A stretch of DNA of 63,624 nt, filler included, from Licmophora abbreviata (Eukaryota), in the NCBI GenBank assembly GCA_900291995.1. It is 10 parts of 10 records of this genome, joined end to end, with 100 filler letters (N's around TTAATTAATTAA, not from the genome) between each part and the next. Parts side by side here need not be neighbours in the genome. Positions count along the whole stretch, not along the records: positions 34,874 to 37,967 come from OLMU01004104.1; positions 38,068 to 47,019 come from OLMU01004105.1; positions 47,120 to 55,597 come from OLMU01004106.1; 7 more parts are not named here. One strand, 5' to 3'. The notes beneath the pieces are model-generated. The model was not told where the DNA came from, did not search any database, and worked only from the letters and a program-made list of their open reading frames with translations. The first letter of the stretch is position 1; each line of letters begins with the position of its first letter. The translations under genes were made by a program, and so were the position numbers. Below, piece by piece: positions 37,415-47,178 of this stretch.

Positions 37415-39066
37415 ATGATTCACCGTAGTACGCGAACACAGAAGCGAGAGTCGCCGCTTATCGCTACTAGCAGAGACGTCGAACAAAGCACTTCTGCAGA
37501 CGGGAGTCGTCCTGCAACGCAGTCGGATGCTGGGAGTCATCTGCAGGTCGCGTCGAGCAATCACAGCAGCAGCTCTGTCAGCCGAGAACCATCGGCGGCA
37601 AACACACGTCGACGCCGGCGGAAGCGATCCGAGGTCCGAGCGTCTTTCCCTAAATCATTTCCTCTTGTACTACCTGCTCTTTCTACCGCTTGTGTACTGC
37701 TCCTTTGCATTTTCTTTTGGTCCTCCCGACAACAACGACTCCTCGCCAACAACAACAGCAAGGGATGGTGGGTGCTGACGGCAATGTCGGCTTTGCCAAT
37801 CCTGTCCTGCGCCTCGGTGGTCCTTCGATCCAAACATCATCCTCATCAACGTCTCATTGCAGGCTTCTTTGTGGGCGCCATCGTGTGCGGTCGCTTGCCG
37901 AAATTCATCACTTCCGGCCTCGTCGTCACTGCCATCTTTGTCTTGGGTCTAGCCACGAGACCCATCANNNNNNNNNNNNNNNNNNNNNNNNNNNNNNNNN
38001 NNNNNNNNNNNTTAATTAATTAANNNNNNNNNNNNNNNNNNNNNNNNNNNNNNNNNNNNNNNNNNNNACTGCAGCATCATCATCTTCACCTGCTACTCCT
38101 ACGCACCCTGGACTGTGGGCTGCGATAGCTGCCATTCTTACCACACTATCCCTCCTCGTGGAAAACTTCTTCATCTGGGTGGTCAGCGCCACCTACTATC
38201 CCAGTCACAACGGATCCCCAACCCCACTCCAAGACAATGGGAGACTCGTGCAGCAATACATGTTTCAAACCGCATTAGGTCTATCAGGACGCACGGTACA
38301 AAGCTGGCGTGCCACTCTGAACGTCCAGTGGGCCCTCGTGGCGGGATTCGCAGCTGCCTTGGTCGTTTGCGAACTGCAGCTCGTGCGCAGGCGCAATGTG
38401 GCGGGACTCGCGACACGGGCGCTCTCCACGCTGGCGGCCGTACGCTTCATTCGAACGATCAGTTTCTTGATTACCGTCCTTCCCTCGCAAGTGCAGAATT
38501 GTTATCGACAGCGATTTCCAATGCCGCCACCCACGGAGTGGGGTGAATGGGTCATGGTGGGGTTGGCGCCACGCACTCATGGAGGGTGCAATGATTTGAT
38601 AGTGTCGGGGCATGCGACAGTCACGACTGTGTTGGCGTGTGTCAGTACGTCCATGGTGGGGAATTTGTGGTTCAGCTTTGGGCTCTGGGTGCTATTGGCG
38701 ATTGACTTTTGTGTGGAGGTCTACGAAGGCTTTCACTATTCTGTCGACATGTGGATGGGAGCGCTCTTGACGAGTTTGCTGTGGCGTGTACTGGCGCCAA
38801 TGGAAGAAGCGTGTCATCAGGATGTTTCGACAAAGCGTGGCCTGCACCCTCTCTCCTCCACCACTCCAGGATTGACCCTGCAGTATGCGATTCCGGCGAT
38901 GGGCGCGTACATGGCGATATCGGTGTTTCCAGAGTCGGCGGCCAATTATTGGATAGTCTTGTACGTGCTGGTACCTGGAATTCAAATTCTGCGTGGCGGA
39001 TTCACGCACCTTGTCCAGCATGAACTCTTCTTGACGTTGACCATTGCGCTGGGGACGTACTTGTAG
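37415..39066 (+). CDS. Sphingomyelin/inositol-phosphorylceramide synthase-like (PAP2_C) membrane protein (spans a gap)
   Basis: RTISFLITVLPS, GGCNDLIVSGH and HYSVDM catalytic motifs; multiple TM helices; the two sides join in frame. Confidence 0.8.
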
Positions 39067-39344
39067 CGACGAGAGAACGCATCTATCATGTCGGTCGTGG
39101 GTGTGGTGGCACGCAGTTTGTGAGCGGTGTTTCGATGGGTGGGCCGGCACGCGCGTTGACAATTTTTGAAATGGAAAATGGCGGGAAACGTGTCGCAAAC
39201 ATGGCGCGGGGCGATGTTTCGCACACCATGTATTGTTGTTGCCAACCCAAACAGACCAGTACGCATCATTCATTTCTTGTGCTTGCCGTCTATCGCGCTT
39301 GTCGTCAGCAAGATACTATTAGTCCCTCTCAACCAGAGTCAATC

Positions 39345-40562
39345 ATGACTGCTTCTCTGTTACGATCGAACGATTCGCGCATGTCTGGAAAACAATATCA
39401 TTTCGTGTCGCTCTGCTTGTGGCTTCTCATGACGATGTTTGCCATGATGGTACAATTTGAGATTATGAGTCACCTCTATGAACCTCGTGTCCCCGTGGAA
39501 GCTGATCCCCGTGTTCTGTCTCGCCGCAATCGCCCAACGACGCTTCGCACAATAAACAGTCCTCCGCAGCGACCCTCGGTACACCGGAATAGCAGTGCGC
39601 CACGCAAGCTTGATTTCTTCATTGTTGGATTCCCAAAGTGCGGTACGACGACGCTTCTTTATGCGTTTGGCGATCACAACGAAACTGCCATTAGCAATCG
39701 CGAACACTGCACTATTGTTAACACCAACATACCCGACGGTGCTGCCTACTCGAAGCTCAACGACGAGTTGAAGGAGCTGTCTCCGGAGCCAGCCAACGTC
39801 GCCGTCAAGCGCGGTATCAAGTGCCCTCAAGGACTCAAGTCTGCCCGTAGTCTCGAACGTCTTCAGCAACATTCACCGGATGCACGCCTCATTATTGGTG
39901 TGCGTCATCCCGTTCACTTCTTGCAAAGCTATTACAACTACCGCATCACGGAGATGTACGACAAGCAGCTCGACGATGCTGCGGTCCCACCGATTGAAAC
40001 TCTCATTGGAAGTGACGACTGGAAGGGAGTCTCCACTGACAGCGCTCGCTTTGAGCTCTTCTTGATGCAGCTCGGCAAGACCAACATGACTGCGACCGAC
40101 ATGAGTCAGCTCACGGGGCGACAACACATGTCGATCAAGCCCAATTCGTTGAAGGTCTTTCTGTACTCGCTCGAGCAGATGGATGATACGCATGCAACGC
40201 GTGCCGCTAGCTTTCGCAATGGTCTAGAGAGCTTTCTCGAGTTGGATCACCCACTGAAACCGATCGGACACGAGAACCTGAACCACTTTGTTGGCGACAA
40301 GGCACACAAGGAGACGATTGACATTTGCGAGCGCAAGTACCGGCCACTTCGCCTCGTACTCGTCGCACAAGCTCGAGCGACCCATCGCTGGATCCGAGAC
40401 GAGTTCCTCCGGAGCCTGGATGTTACGGTCGCTAATAAGGAACACTTTCTTCAGACGCTGCAGAGTTGGGATGAGGATCCTTGTCCGCAAGTCCTCGTCA
40501 AGAAACCTACTCGCTCTGCGACACTGAACCACAGTCAAGTAGCTTCCGCTCAGTCCGAGTGA
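39345..40562 (+). CDS. Golgi type-II membrane sulfotransferase
   Basis: N-terminal TM helix, 5'-PSB loop FFIVGFPKCGTTTL, GIKCP, 3'-PB motif RHPVHFLQSYYN. Confidence 0.85.
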   Translation: MTASLLRSNDSRMSGKQYHFVSLCLWLLMTMFAMMVQFEIMSHLYEPRVPVEADPRVLSRRNRPTTLRTINSPPQRPSVHRNSSAPRKLDFFIVGFPKCGTTTLLYAFGDHNETAISNREHCTIVNTNIPDGAAYSKLNDELKELSPEPANVAVKRGIKCPQGLKSARSLERLQQHSPDARLIIGVRHPVHFLQSYYNYRITEMYDKQLDDAAVPPIETLIGSDDWKGVSTDSARFELFLMQLGKTNMTATDMSQLTGRQHMSIKPNSLKVFLYSLEQMDDTHATRAASFRNGLESFLELDHPLKPIGHENLNHFVGDKAHKETIDICERKYRPLRLVLVAQARATHRWIRDEFLRSLDVTVANKEHFLQTLQSWDEDPCPQVLVKKPTRSATLNHSQVASAQSE

Positions 40563-40673
40563 ATGATTTAATCGCTATCTTCCGTCTGCCACAAAGGCCC
40601 AACAACAATCACGTATCTCGAATAAGAAAGGATTGCCATGACACTGCATTTAGTTCTTATTATAATTGTAGGT

Positions 40674-41392
40674 CTACTCCTCTTCCTCCTCTTCTTCACC
40701 CGCATTGATACTAAAGTAGCGGAGCTCGTAGGAGTTCTTGGACGCTGCCACAACACGGAGATAATCCCTCAACTGCTGCTTCTTCAAGTATCGCTTGCTC
40801 AAATACTTGAGCTGACGCTTGCTGAATCCCAATTCGGCGGGCGACGCCACTGTGAGCTTGGTGCGGTCCTTCGAAATGACGACATTGTTAGCCGCCAAGA
40901 CGCCCGTCTTGCCACCAATCTTGATGCGATCGTGCAAGTACTTTTCGAAGGAGGCCATGTCGAGGACCTTATCGTCAACGGGTGCACTGCAGTCAATGAC
41001 AAACTTGACTGTGGATTTCTTTCCTTTGACCTGCGGGAAGGATGGTGGATCGAGGGGTGAGTGAGAAAATATAGCTCATTAGCCTTGTAGCCGTCTACAA
41101 GTGTATCGAAGCAGCGCATGTCTCTCTAGCCAGAGCCATACTCTTGAAGTGATCGATTCCGACGTACAGTAGGCACAATGACGGCCCTAAAAGCGTGTAC
41201 TTTCATTGACATGAACGTGTCGAGCAGACGGAATGATGAACCATCACTGCCGCAGTCGGCGCGGGGCTCTACATGATATGAACTATGAAAATACTCTTTT
41301 GGACCGACATTGGCCCCCGGACCAAGCACTCCCTAACTACATGCAGCAGGGAGTGTGACCGGATGGGCGGATCGCTTTCGATCTCTTACCAT
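40674..41392 (-). CDS. RPL22: 60S ribosomal protein L22e
   Basis: [69 protein letters not shown]; coding exon 1 is only ATG (41392-41390, CCACCATG/GTAAG), intron 41389-41031. Confidence 0.95.
41116..41281 (-). ncRNA. Candidate intronic box H/ACA snoRNA or other structured RNA in the RPL22 intron
   Basis: Sense to the host gene: stem-loop region, H-box AAAGTA (41203-41198), second stem (TAGGGCCGT/ATGGCTCTG), then ACA (41121-41119); the 359-nt intron is much longer than most in the window. Confidence 0.35.
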
Positions 41393-41671
41393 GGTGGAAA
41401 ATGATGAAGATTAGCAACGACCACAAGAAACACTGTATCGGTTGCAATACTGAAATGCCATCTTCAAAGGCTGGTCGCACGGCTTCGTCACAGCCGTACA
41501 TTTTCTTCTCCGTCTCATGTAGGTTTCAGTATAAAGTCTACACAAGAGTAAGTTGTAAGTGGTAAAGGAATTAGGAACCTCTTCTGACAAACTGAAACTC
41601 ATGGCCCCAAAATCAAAAATCAAATTCCAAATTCACTCATCGACATCATGTGATGCAACCATGGGATCATC

Positions 41672-42506
41672 ATGAACGGCAACGACAGCCATACTCAAGA
41701 TGCGCCTCGTCTCATCTTGAACTATCACGATGCCATCCTGTACGACTCGGATCTAAAATTGTTGGAGTCCCCAGACTCTTGGTGGAATGACGCCTGTCTT
41801 CATTTTGGCTTGACACACTATCAGCATCACACTACAAAAGCAGACATGCGCCCAAGAAATTACCATGCCATTCTTGACCCGTCCGTTGTTTCCTTTCTCA
41901 TGAATCAGTGTTGCGGTGACGACGAGGATGGTTTGGAAGACTTTCGACGCGGCAATCAACAAGCAATAGATTCGCCTTGCTTGTTGGTACCGATCAATGA
42001 CACGTTCGTGTCAGAAAGTCGAAATTGCAACACCACTCCTGGACGAGTAGTACTTGGTACACATTGGAGTATTCTGCTCGCGGTGAAATTGCATGACTCT
42101 GCGACCCCAGGAGAGAGAGTATTGGCATTTTGATTCCGTCGCAAACAGCAATTCCCGTGCTGCACAAGCCGTGGCGTTGAAACTGAGTGGAATTTTGGAA
42201 GCACACGACTCGTCAGCAAATATTACTCGCCGGCCTCGCGTGGTGGTGACAGAATGCCGTACGCCACAACAGACCAATGGATACGATTGCGGCGTCCATA
42301 CGCTAGTAGCCGCTCGTGTTGTAGAATCGTCCATGGTGGATCACAATAGCGTCAGTGGTAGCTCCTCTCGTCGTCTGACACGAGAACGATTGGAAGAAGC
42401 ATTGTCGAGCGAGTTTGATGCTGCGACGAGTCGAACGTGCCAAGTCGTACGGCGGCAAATTGCTCAAGAGGCGCGCCGCCTGGCAGAAGACTATCGTGCA
42501 GGATGA
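41672..42506 (+). CDS. SENP8: NEDD8-specific protease SENP8/NEDP1 (Ulp1/C48 family); frameshift in a GA repeat near 42110-42120
   Basis: LNYHDAILYDSDL..WWND, LVPINDT, GTHWSILL, HFDS and TPQQTNGYDCGVH (His-Asp-Cys triad). Confidence 0.85.
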
Positions 42507-43001
42507 TCGGGAAATGGGTGACAAATCAAATTGACCTAATGGAGTGAGTCGAGTCTTCCTGGATGGTGTGACGGCACTCCGCGGTCATGATGATGCGTAA
42601 AATCAAGCAAGCAGGCCGATGATGATGGTATTGTGTATGCACAATGGAGGGAAGGATAGCCACGAATGAATGAATGAATGCGCTCTCTCCATCGAGAGCG
42701 TTGGACTTTCAATCCCGTCTATTGGTTTTGGCGACATGGTGCACCTATGTACGTTCTTTCACGAATAGTCACAAAGCAGTTGAGAATAAGGGCACGAATC
42801 AGAACGCCATGAGAACAGACCCGGCAGGAAGGATGCCTATCCGAAGGAGCGGGGAGGGGATATTCGTAGAGCAAACAGAGGTACTTCGGATGCAGCTCTA
42901 GTGTTCACATCGCATCTTTGTGCATTAATCATATGTAACGAACTTAATTTTTCTTGCCACTAAAAGTATCATGTATGATCATAGTATTCGTCCCCCTCTC
43001 T

Positions 43002-44351
43002 TTATGACTGTGCTGGATGGGCAAGGCGCGACTTGAGCAACTTCAACCTCGGTCCCCTTTGCGGCTCGTCGACAGTAGTATCCATGTAGCATCCCGTGGA
43101 CACGGTGCTGCTACTCGTCGTACTCGTGCTTGTCATGGAATCGACGCTGCGAAGAGACGATGAACAGGATGATGGCAGTGCCTCTTCCATTAGTTTGCGC
43201 TTGCTTCCTGCCGTCATGGTGGTGTTGTTAGCTTGATGTGTATTGCTACCGGGACTCTCGTCTATTGCAGCCGTCAGTACTCGAACAATAGTGGGGCTGG
43301 AATGATGAAACAAGGATGGTGTTGTCAAAATACCCGAGACAGAGTCGTCGGAAACGACGCGTGCCCGATTTGGACTGGGAACCTCGTTCGACTCGTTGGG
43401 AAGTAGCAGCAACTGCGATTCCGATGAGTCTTGCGGTGGGGGGATAGTAGGCGTACTGAATTCCGTTGTCGTCGACGTCGTCATGGGACGGAGGAGAGCC
43501 GCGGGGTGCGGATTGACGATGTGAAAGCCATGGATGGATGGCATGGTACTAACAATACTTGCAGTACGAGTACCATCATCCTTGTCGTTGTTGTTGACCG
43601 CGCCGATGAGTCCATGGCGCAATTCGGGAGCCCCTTCGCGAAGCGCCTGCGACGTCTTTTCGCGTGCCTTGCGGTCCCCAATGTCGACATAGTCCCCTTG
43701 TGCCGTCTTTTTGAGAAAGCGTCCCTCTTGTTTCCTGACCGTCTGGACAATTTCCTTTGCCACACCGGCCTTGTCTCGTTTCGATGCCTTCAAGTATACT
43801 TCCTGGTGGAAACGCACGAGCTGGCGAAAGTACACGTTACCGGGATGGTGGTTTGTGAGTCCGCCACGGCCACAGAGAACATCGTGCTCGCCAATGTTGT
43901 AGGCTAGGAGATCGCTGGCGGCGGGATCCGATTTTCCATTCTTAGGTTTCGTGGGAGTAGACTTACTGCTGCTATTCGTGTTGGTGGGTAGAGCCGGTAG
44001 AGCGGTGACAGAAGTATCCACAGCTTTGTCAGTTCCACTCACAGTAGTAGTATAGCTAGTAGCAGGATTTCTGGTGCTGTGAAGCGAAGGAGGGTCTTGA
44101 GCACTCGCACATGCGAGAGCTAGGGCGTCGAGGGCCGTCGTGGCAGTAGGAAGAGACCAAGTGGGCTGCTGCTGTTGTCGTCGATGCGGATCGTCGCGAT
44201 GAGGAATCCTTATGAGTGCGCCACGATCAAACATGGATCCTTGTGTCGGGGTCTCTTCGAGAGTAGGATCTTGTGTGGCAACAGCTGACTTCTCTTCCAA
44301 GGAAAGCGTCGCTGGATTCGGTACTAGCAGGCTCGTATCAGCGGTATTCAT
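43002..44351 (-). CDS. DUF6824-domain protein (diatom-expanded putative regulator)
   Basis: HDVLCGRGGLTNHHPGNVYFRQLV..GRFLKK..KAREKTSQALRE core inside a low-complexity S/T-rich sequence. Confidence 0.8.
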   Translation of the reverse strand: MNTADTSLLVPNPATLSLEEKSAVATQDPTLEETPTQGSMFDRGALIRIPHRDDPHRRQQQQPTWSLPTATTALDALALACASAQDPPSLHSTRNPATSYTTTVSGTDKAVDTSVTALPALPTNTNSSSKSTPTKPKNGKSDPAASDLLAYNIGEHDVLCGRGGLTNHHPGNVYFRQLVRFHQEVYLKASKRDKAGVAKEIVQTVRKQEGRFLKKTAQGDYVDIGDRKAREKTSQALREGAPELRHGLIGAVNNNDKDDGTRTASIVSTMPSIHGFHIVNPHPAALLRPMTTSTTTEFSTPTIPPPQDSSESQLLLLPNESNEVPSPNRARVVSDDSVSGILTTPSLFHHSSPTIVRVLTAAIDESPGSNTHQANNTTMTAGSKRKLMEEALPSSCSSSLRSVDSMTSTSTTSSSTVSTGCYMDTTVDEPQRGPRLKLLKSRLAHPAQS

Positions 44352-44837
44352 GACGGCAACAGGATCGATAGGAACAGCAACAAGAAGAAATAAAGTATCT
44401 AGACAGACGATGGATTGGGTGTCGTGCGTTGGGGACAAACAAGAGTGAAGATAATGATGAAGTGGGATACAAAACGAGTGTGCTTGTTGCAGTCGTATCA
44501 GATATGTATGAGCCACTCACTGGACTGAGAGCTGCTTGACGTTTGCCTTTTGCGATCACGACTGGACAAACGAACGAGCTTCGATGTTCGACTGCTTCGC
44601 CGATCCTACTAAATACCGTGGCACCTACGTACAGTCTTTACTAATTCCTACGTAGAGATCACTCGTGGATAAGAACCCATCATCAGGCGATACTAGAAAA
44701 AGGTATCTTGTGAGTCGAGTCACGGATACGTCAGAGATCCAGTCCCGCCATGTGATGACATTTATTTCCAAACCCGCGACCACACTACAAAACTGAAAAA
44801 ATCCAAAACACCCCGCGACATCGAGACACGGCGCACA

Positions 44838-46481
44838 ATGACCCTCACCATGCCGCCGTCGTCGTCGCTTCGCTCGCGTCGTCCCACACGTTCTGAGGAG
44901 GTATCTCCGACTCCAAGTCGACGCCGTCGGAATCATGCATCTAGTAGTAGTAACAATGACAAGGAGAGCAGAGAGCCTCTGTCAAAACGAGGACTCTTTT
45001 GTCTCTTTGTGGCACTCTGTACGGCTGGACTGGTACTCGAGTATCGACGATTTACCCACAGCACTGGTGGTGGAGTGGTAGGGACGGGTTTCTTGAGTCG
45101 AATACTAAAACAACAGCAAAGTCACAGCATGGAAACGAAGGAGGCTATGTCTACTTGGAGCAAAATCAACAATAACGCCCCACTGCACCATGACCAACAT
45201 CGCCCCCTTTCTCCCGAGGAGGACGCCAAGCTTGAATTTGAAAAGGACACCAACGCTCGCTATCATGTCATTTTTAGCACCGACTGCTCTCCTTATCAGC
45301 ACTGGCAGAGCTACCTTGTCTACTACTCCGCCATGAAGGTCCAGCAGCCTGGTCATGTCACTCGTATTGCGTCGGGATGTACAGAGGAGGAGACCGCCAA
45401 CATTCAAGAGTGGTTTCAACAACACATTCAACACATGTCCGCCCGCTTTCATTTGCACCTCACACCGCACTTTTCAGCAGTCAAGAATGTCAATGGAGAC
45501 CTAGTGGGGGACTACAAGTTTTTCAACAAGCCCTTTGGACTGAAACACTGGTTGGAGAACTTTCAACACGTCATCGACTTGCAAAAGAGTGACGATGATG
45601 TAGTTATATTGATTGACCCAGATATGGTGTTGTTGCGACCGCTTGTATCGGACTTTTCTGATTCAAGAGAAACGTTGATTGGAGAACGACGGCAAGATAA
45701 CATATTGGGAACTCGTGTAAAGCATGGCCTTCCCTTTGCACAGACGTACGGATTGGGGACTCAGTGGAGGACATTCGACCTCGACAAGATTGCAGGACCC
45801 GACTCGCCCGCCAAACTCGTGTCCAAAGAAGACGGGGCCTTGTACTATCCCGTAGGTCCTCCCTACTTGGCTACCGTCCGCGACATGTACCAGATTGCAC
45901 TCAAGTGGACGGAGTTTGCGCCCCTCGTCCACGCGCAGTATCCGCATTTGCTGGCCGAAATGTATGCCTTTTGCATTGCAGCTGCGCATTTGGAGTTGCG
46001 TCATCAAATCGTCGATTCGCTCATGATTTCCAACACCAACGCCGGCGGAGAGGGATGGCCGCTTATTGATAGGATTCCGGGGGCGGACATGTGCGAGTAT
46101 GCGCGGCACCCTGACCACAGTCGGTACGCAGTGCCGTCGGTCTTGCACATGTGTCAACGTTACTGCGTGGGTGATGATTGGTTCTTTGGCAAACGCAAGG
46201 TCCCTCATGACTTGTACGGATGCGAACAACCCTTGTTGCAGGAGCCACCAGGCGATCTTGCCGTCAAGTACGATTTCAAGCGACCGCCGAACCAGAAGGA
46301 TCCAACACCTCTGACCACACAAAGAGCGTCGCGAGAGGCATTCATGGTGTGCTTCTTGACGTCTCTGGTCAACGACGCTGCTTCGTTTTACAAGCAAACT
46401 GCATGTCCACTGGGAACGGCCAACTTGACCAAGTCGCTCAAACTGGCGGACTTGTTTACTGGGAGGGAACGGAAGCACTAG
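44838..46481 (+). CDS. Peptidyl-serine galactosyltransferase / hydroxyproline arabinosyltransferase-like glycosyltransferase (GT96/GT95-like)
   Basis: Type-II TM helix; HVIFSTDCSPYQHWQS, GHVTRIASGC, FNKPFGLKHW, DPD (DxD), LAEMYAFCIAAAHL. Confidence 0.75.
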   Translation: MTLTMPPSSSLRSRRPTRSEEVSPTPSRRRRNHASSSSNNDKESREPLSKRGLFCLFVALCTAGLVLEYRRFTHSTGGGVVGTGFLSRILKQQQSHSMETKEAMSTWSKINNNAPLHHDQHRPLSPEEDAKLEFEKDTNARYHVIFSTDCSPYQHWQSYLVYYSAMKVQQPGHVTRIASGCTEEETANIQEWFQQHIQHMSARFHLHLTPHFSAVKNVNGDLVGDYKFFNKPFGLKHWLENFQHVIDLQKSDDDVVILIDPDMVLLRPLVSDFSDSRETLIGERRQDNILGTRVKHGLPFAQTYGLGTQWRTFDLDKIAGPDSPAKLVSKEDGALYYPVGPPYLATVRDMYQIALKWTEFAPLVHAQYPHLLAEMYAFCIAAAHLELRHQIVDSLMISNTNAGGEGWPLIDRIPGADMCEYARHPDHSRYAVPSVLHMCQRYCVGDDWFFGKRKVPHDLYGCEQPLLQEPPGDLAVKYDFKRPPNQKDPTPLTTQRASREAFMVCFLTSLVNDAASFYKQTACPLGTANLTKSLKLADLFTGRERKH

Positions 46482-46606
46482 AAATTATTACAGTCCGGTA
46501 TAAAAGAGTCGTATGACAAGAGATATGAAGTGATGTCGCTAGCATACATGCTATATATATATATAGGGTCACATGAATATACAAAGTTGTTGGTGACACT
46601 ACTCTT

Positions 46607-47019
46607 CTAGAGAGCTAGTGGGAGTCCCTCTTTGGTCCACTGATGATCTTCGTACTGCTGCAACTGCTCCCGGTACTGCTCATTCCGCTTCATTTCGTTG
46701 AGCTGTTCCGAGAGTAGCAATGGACTGACATTCGCTTGCTCGTGTCGGTACCGTGTGTACGCCATCATGGCTTTGAGTGCGGCGTCGATAGAGTGAGCGT
46801 CAACATCATGTCGGCTGTGCGGTAGTGGAACGTTCGGTTTTACAACGAGATCCAACTCGAGCGGCGAAGATCGTTTGCTTTGTAGGGCAACATCAAAGAC
46901 CTTCAATAGGACACTGCGAAACTCTTTGTAATGCTCGTGAGGTGGAATCAGCGGAGAAGACTGAAGAAAAGAGTCGACCGAGGTCTGATTCGAGTCCAGC
47001 ATGACTTGTACGTCGCTTA
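46607..47019 (-). CDS. Hypothetical protein, 3' fragment truncated by a gap
   Basis: Open frame from the gap edge to a stop at 46607; no recognisable motif. Confidence 0.4.
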
Positions 47020-47178
47020 NNNNNNNNNNNNNNNNNNNNNNNNNNNNNNNNNNNNNNNNNNNNTTAATTAATTAANNNNNNNNNNNNNNNNNNNNNNNNN
47101 NNNNNNNNNNNNNNNNNNNATACACAACGCCATCACAATTCATGCACATCCATAATTGATTCTTGTAAGCTCACCACG

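Noticed and set aside
41233..41240. ATGATGA C-box suggesting a C/D snoRNA
   Set aside because: It lies antisense to the RPL22 host transcript and has no suitably placed CTGA D-box.
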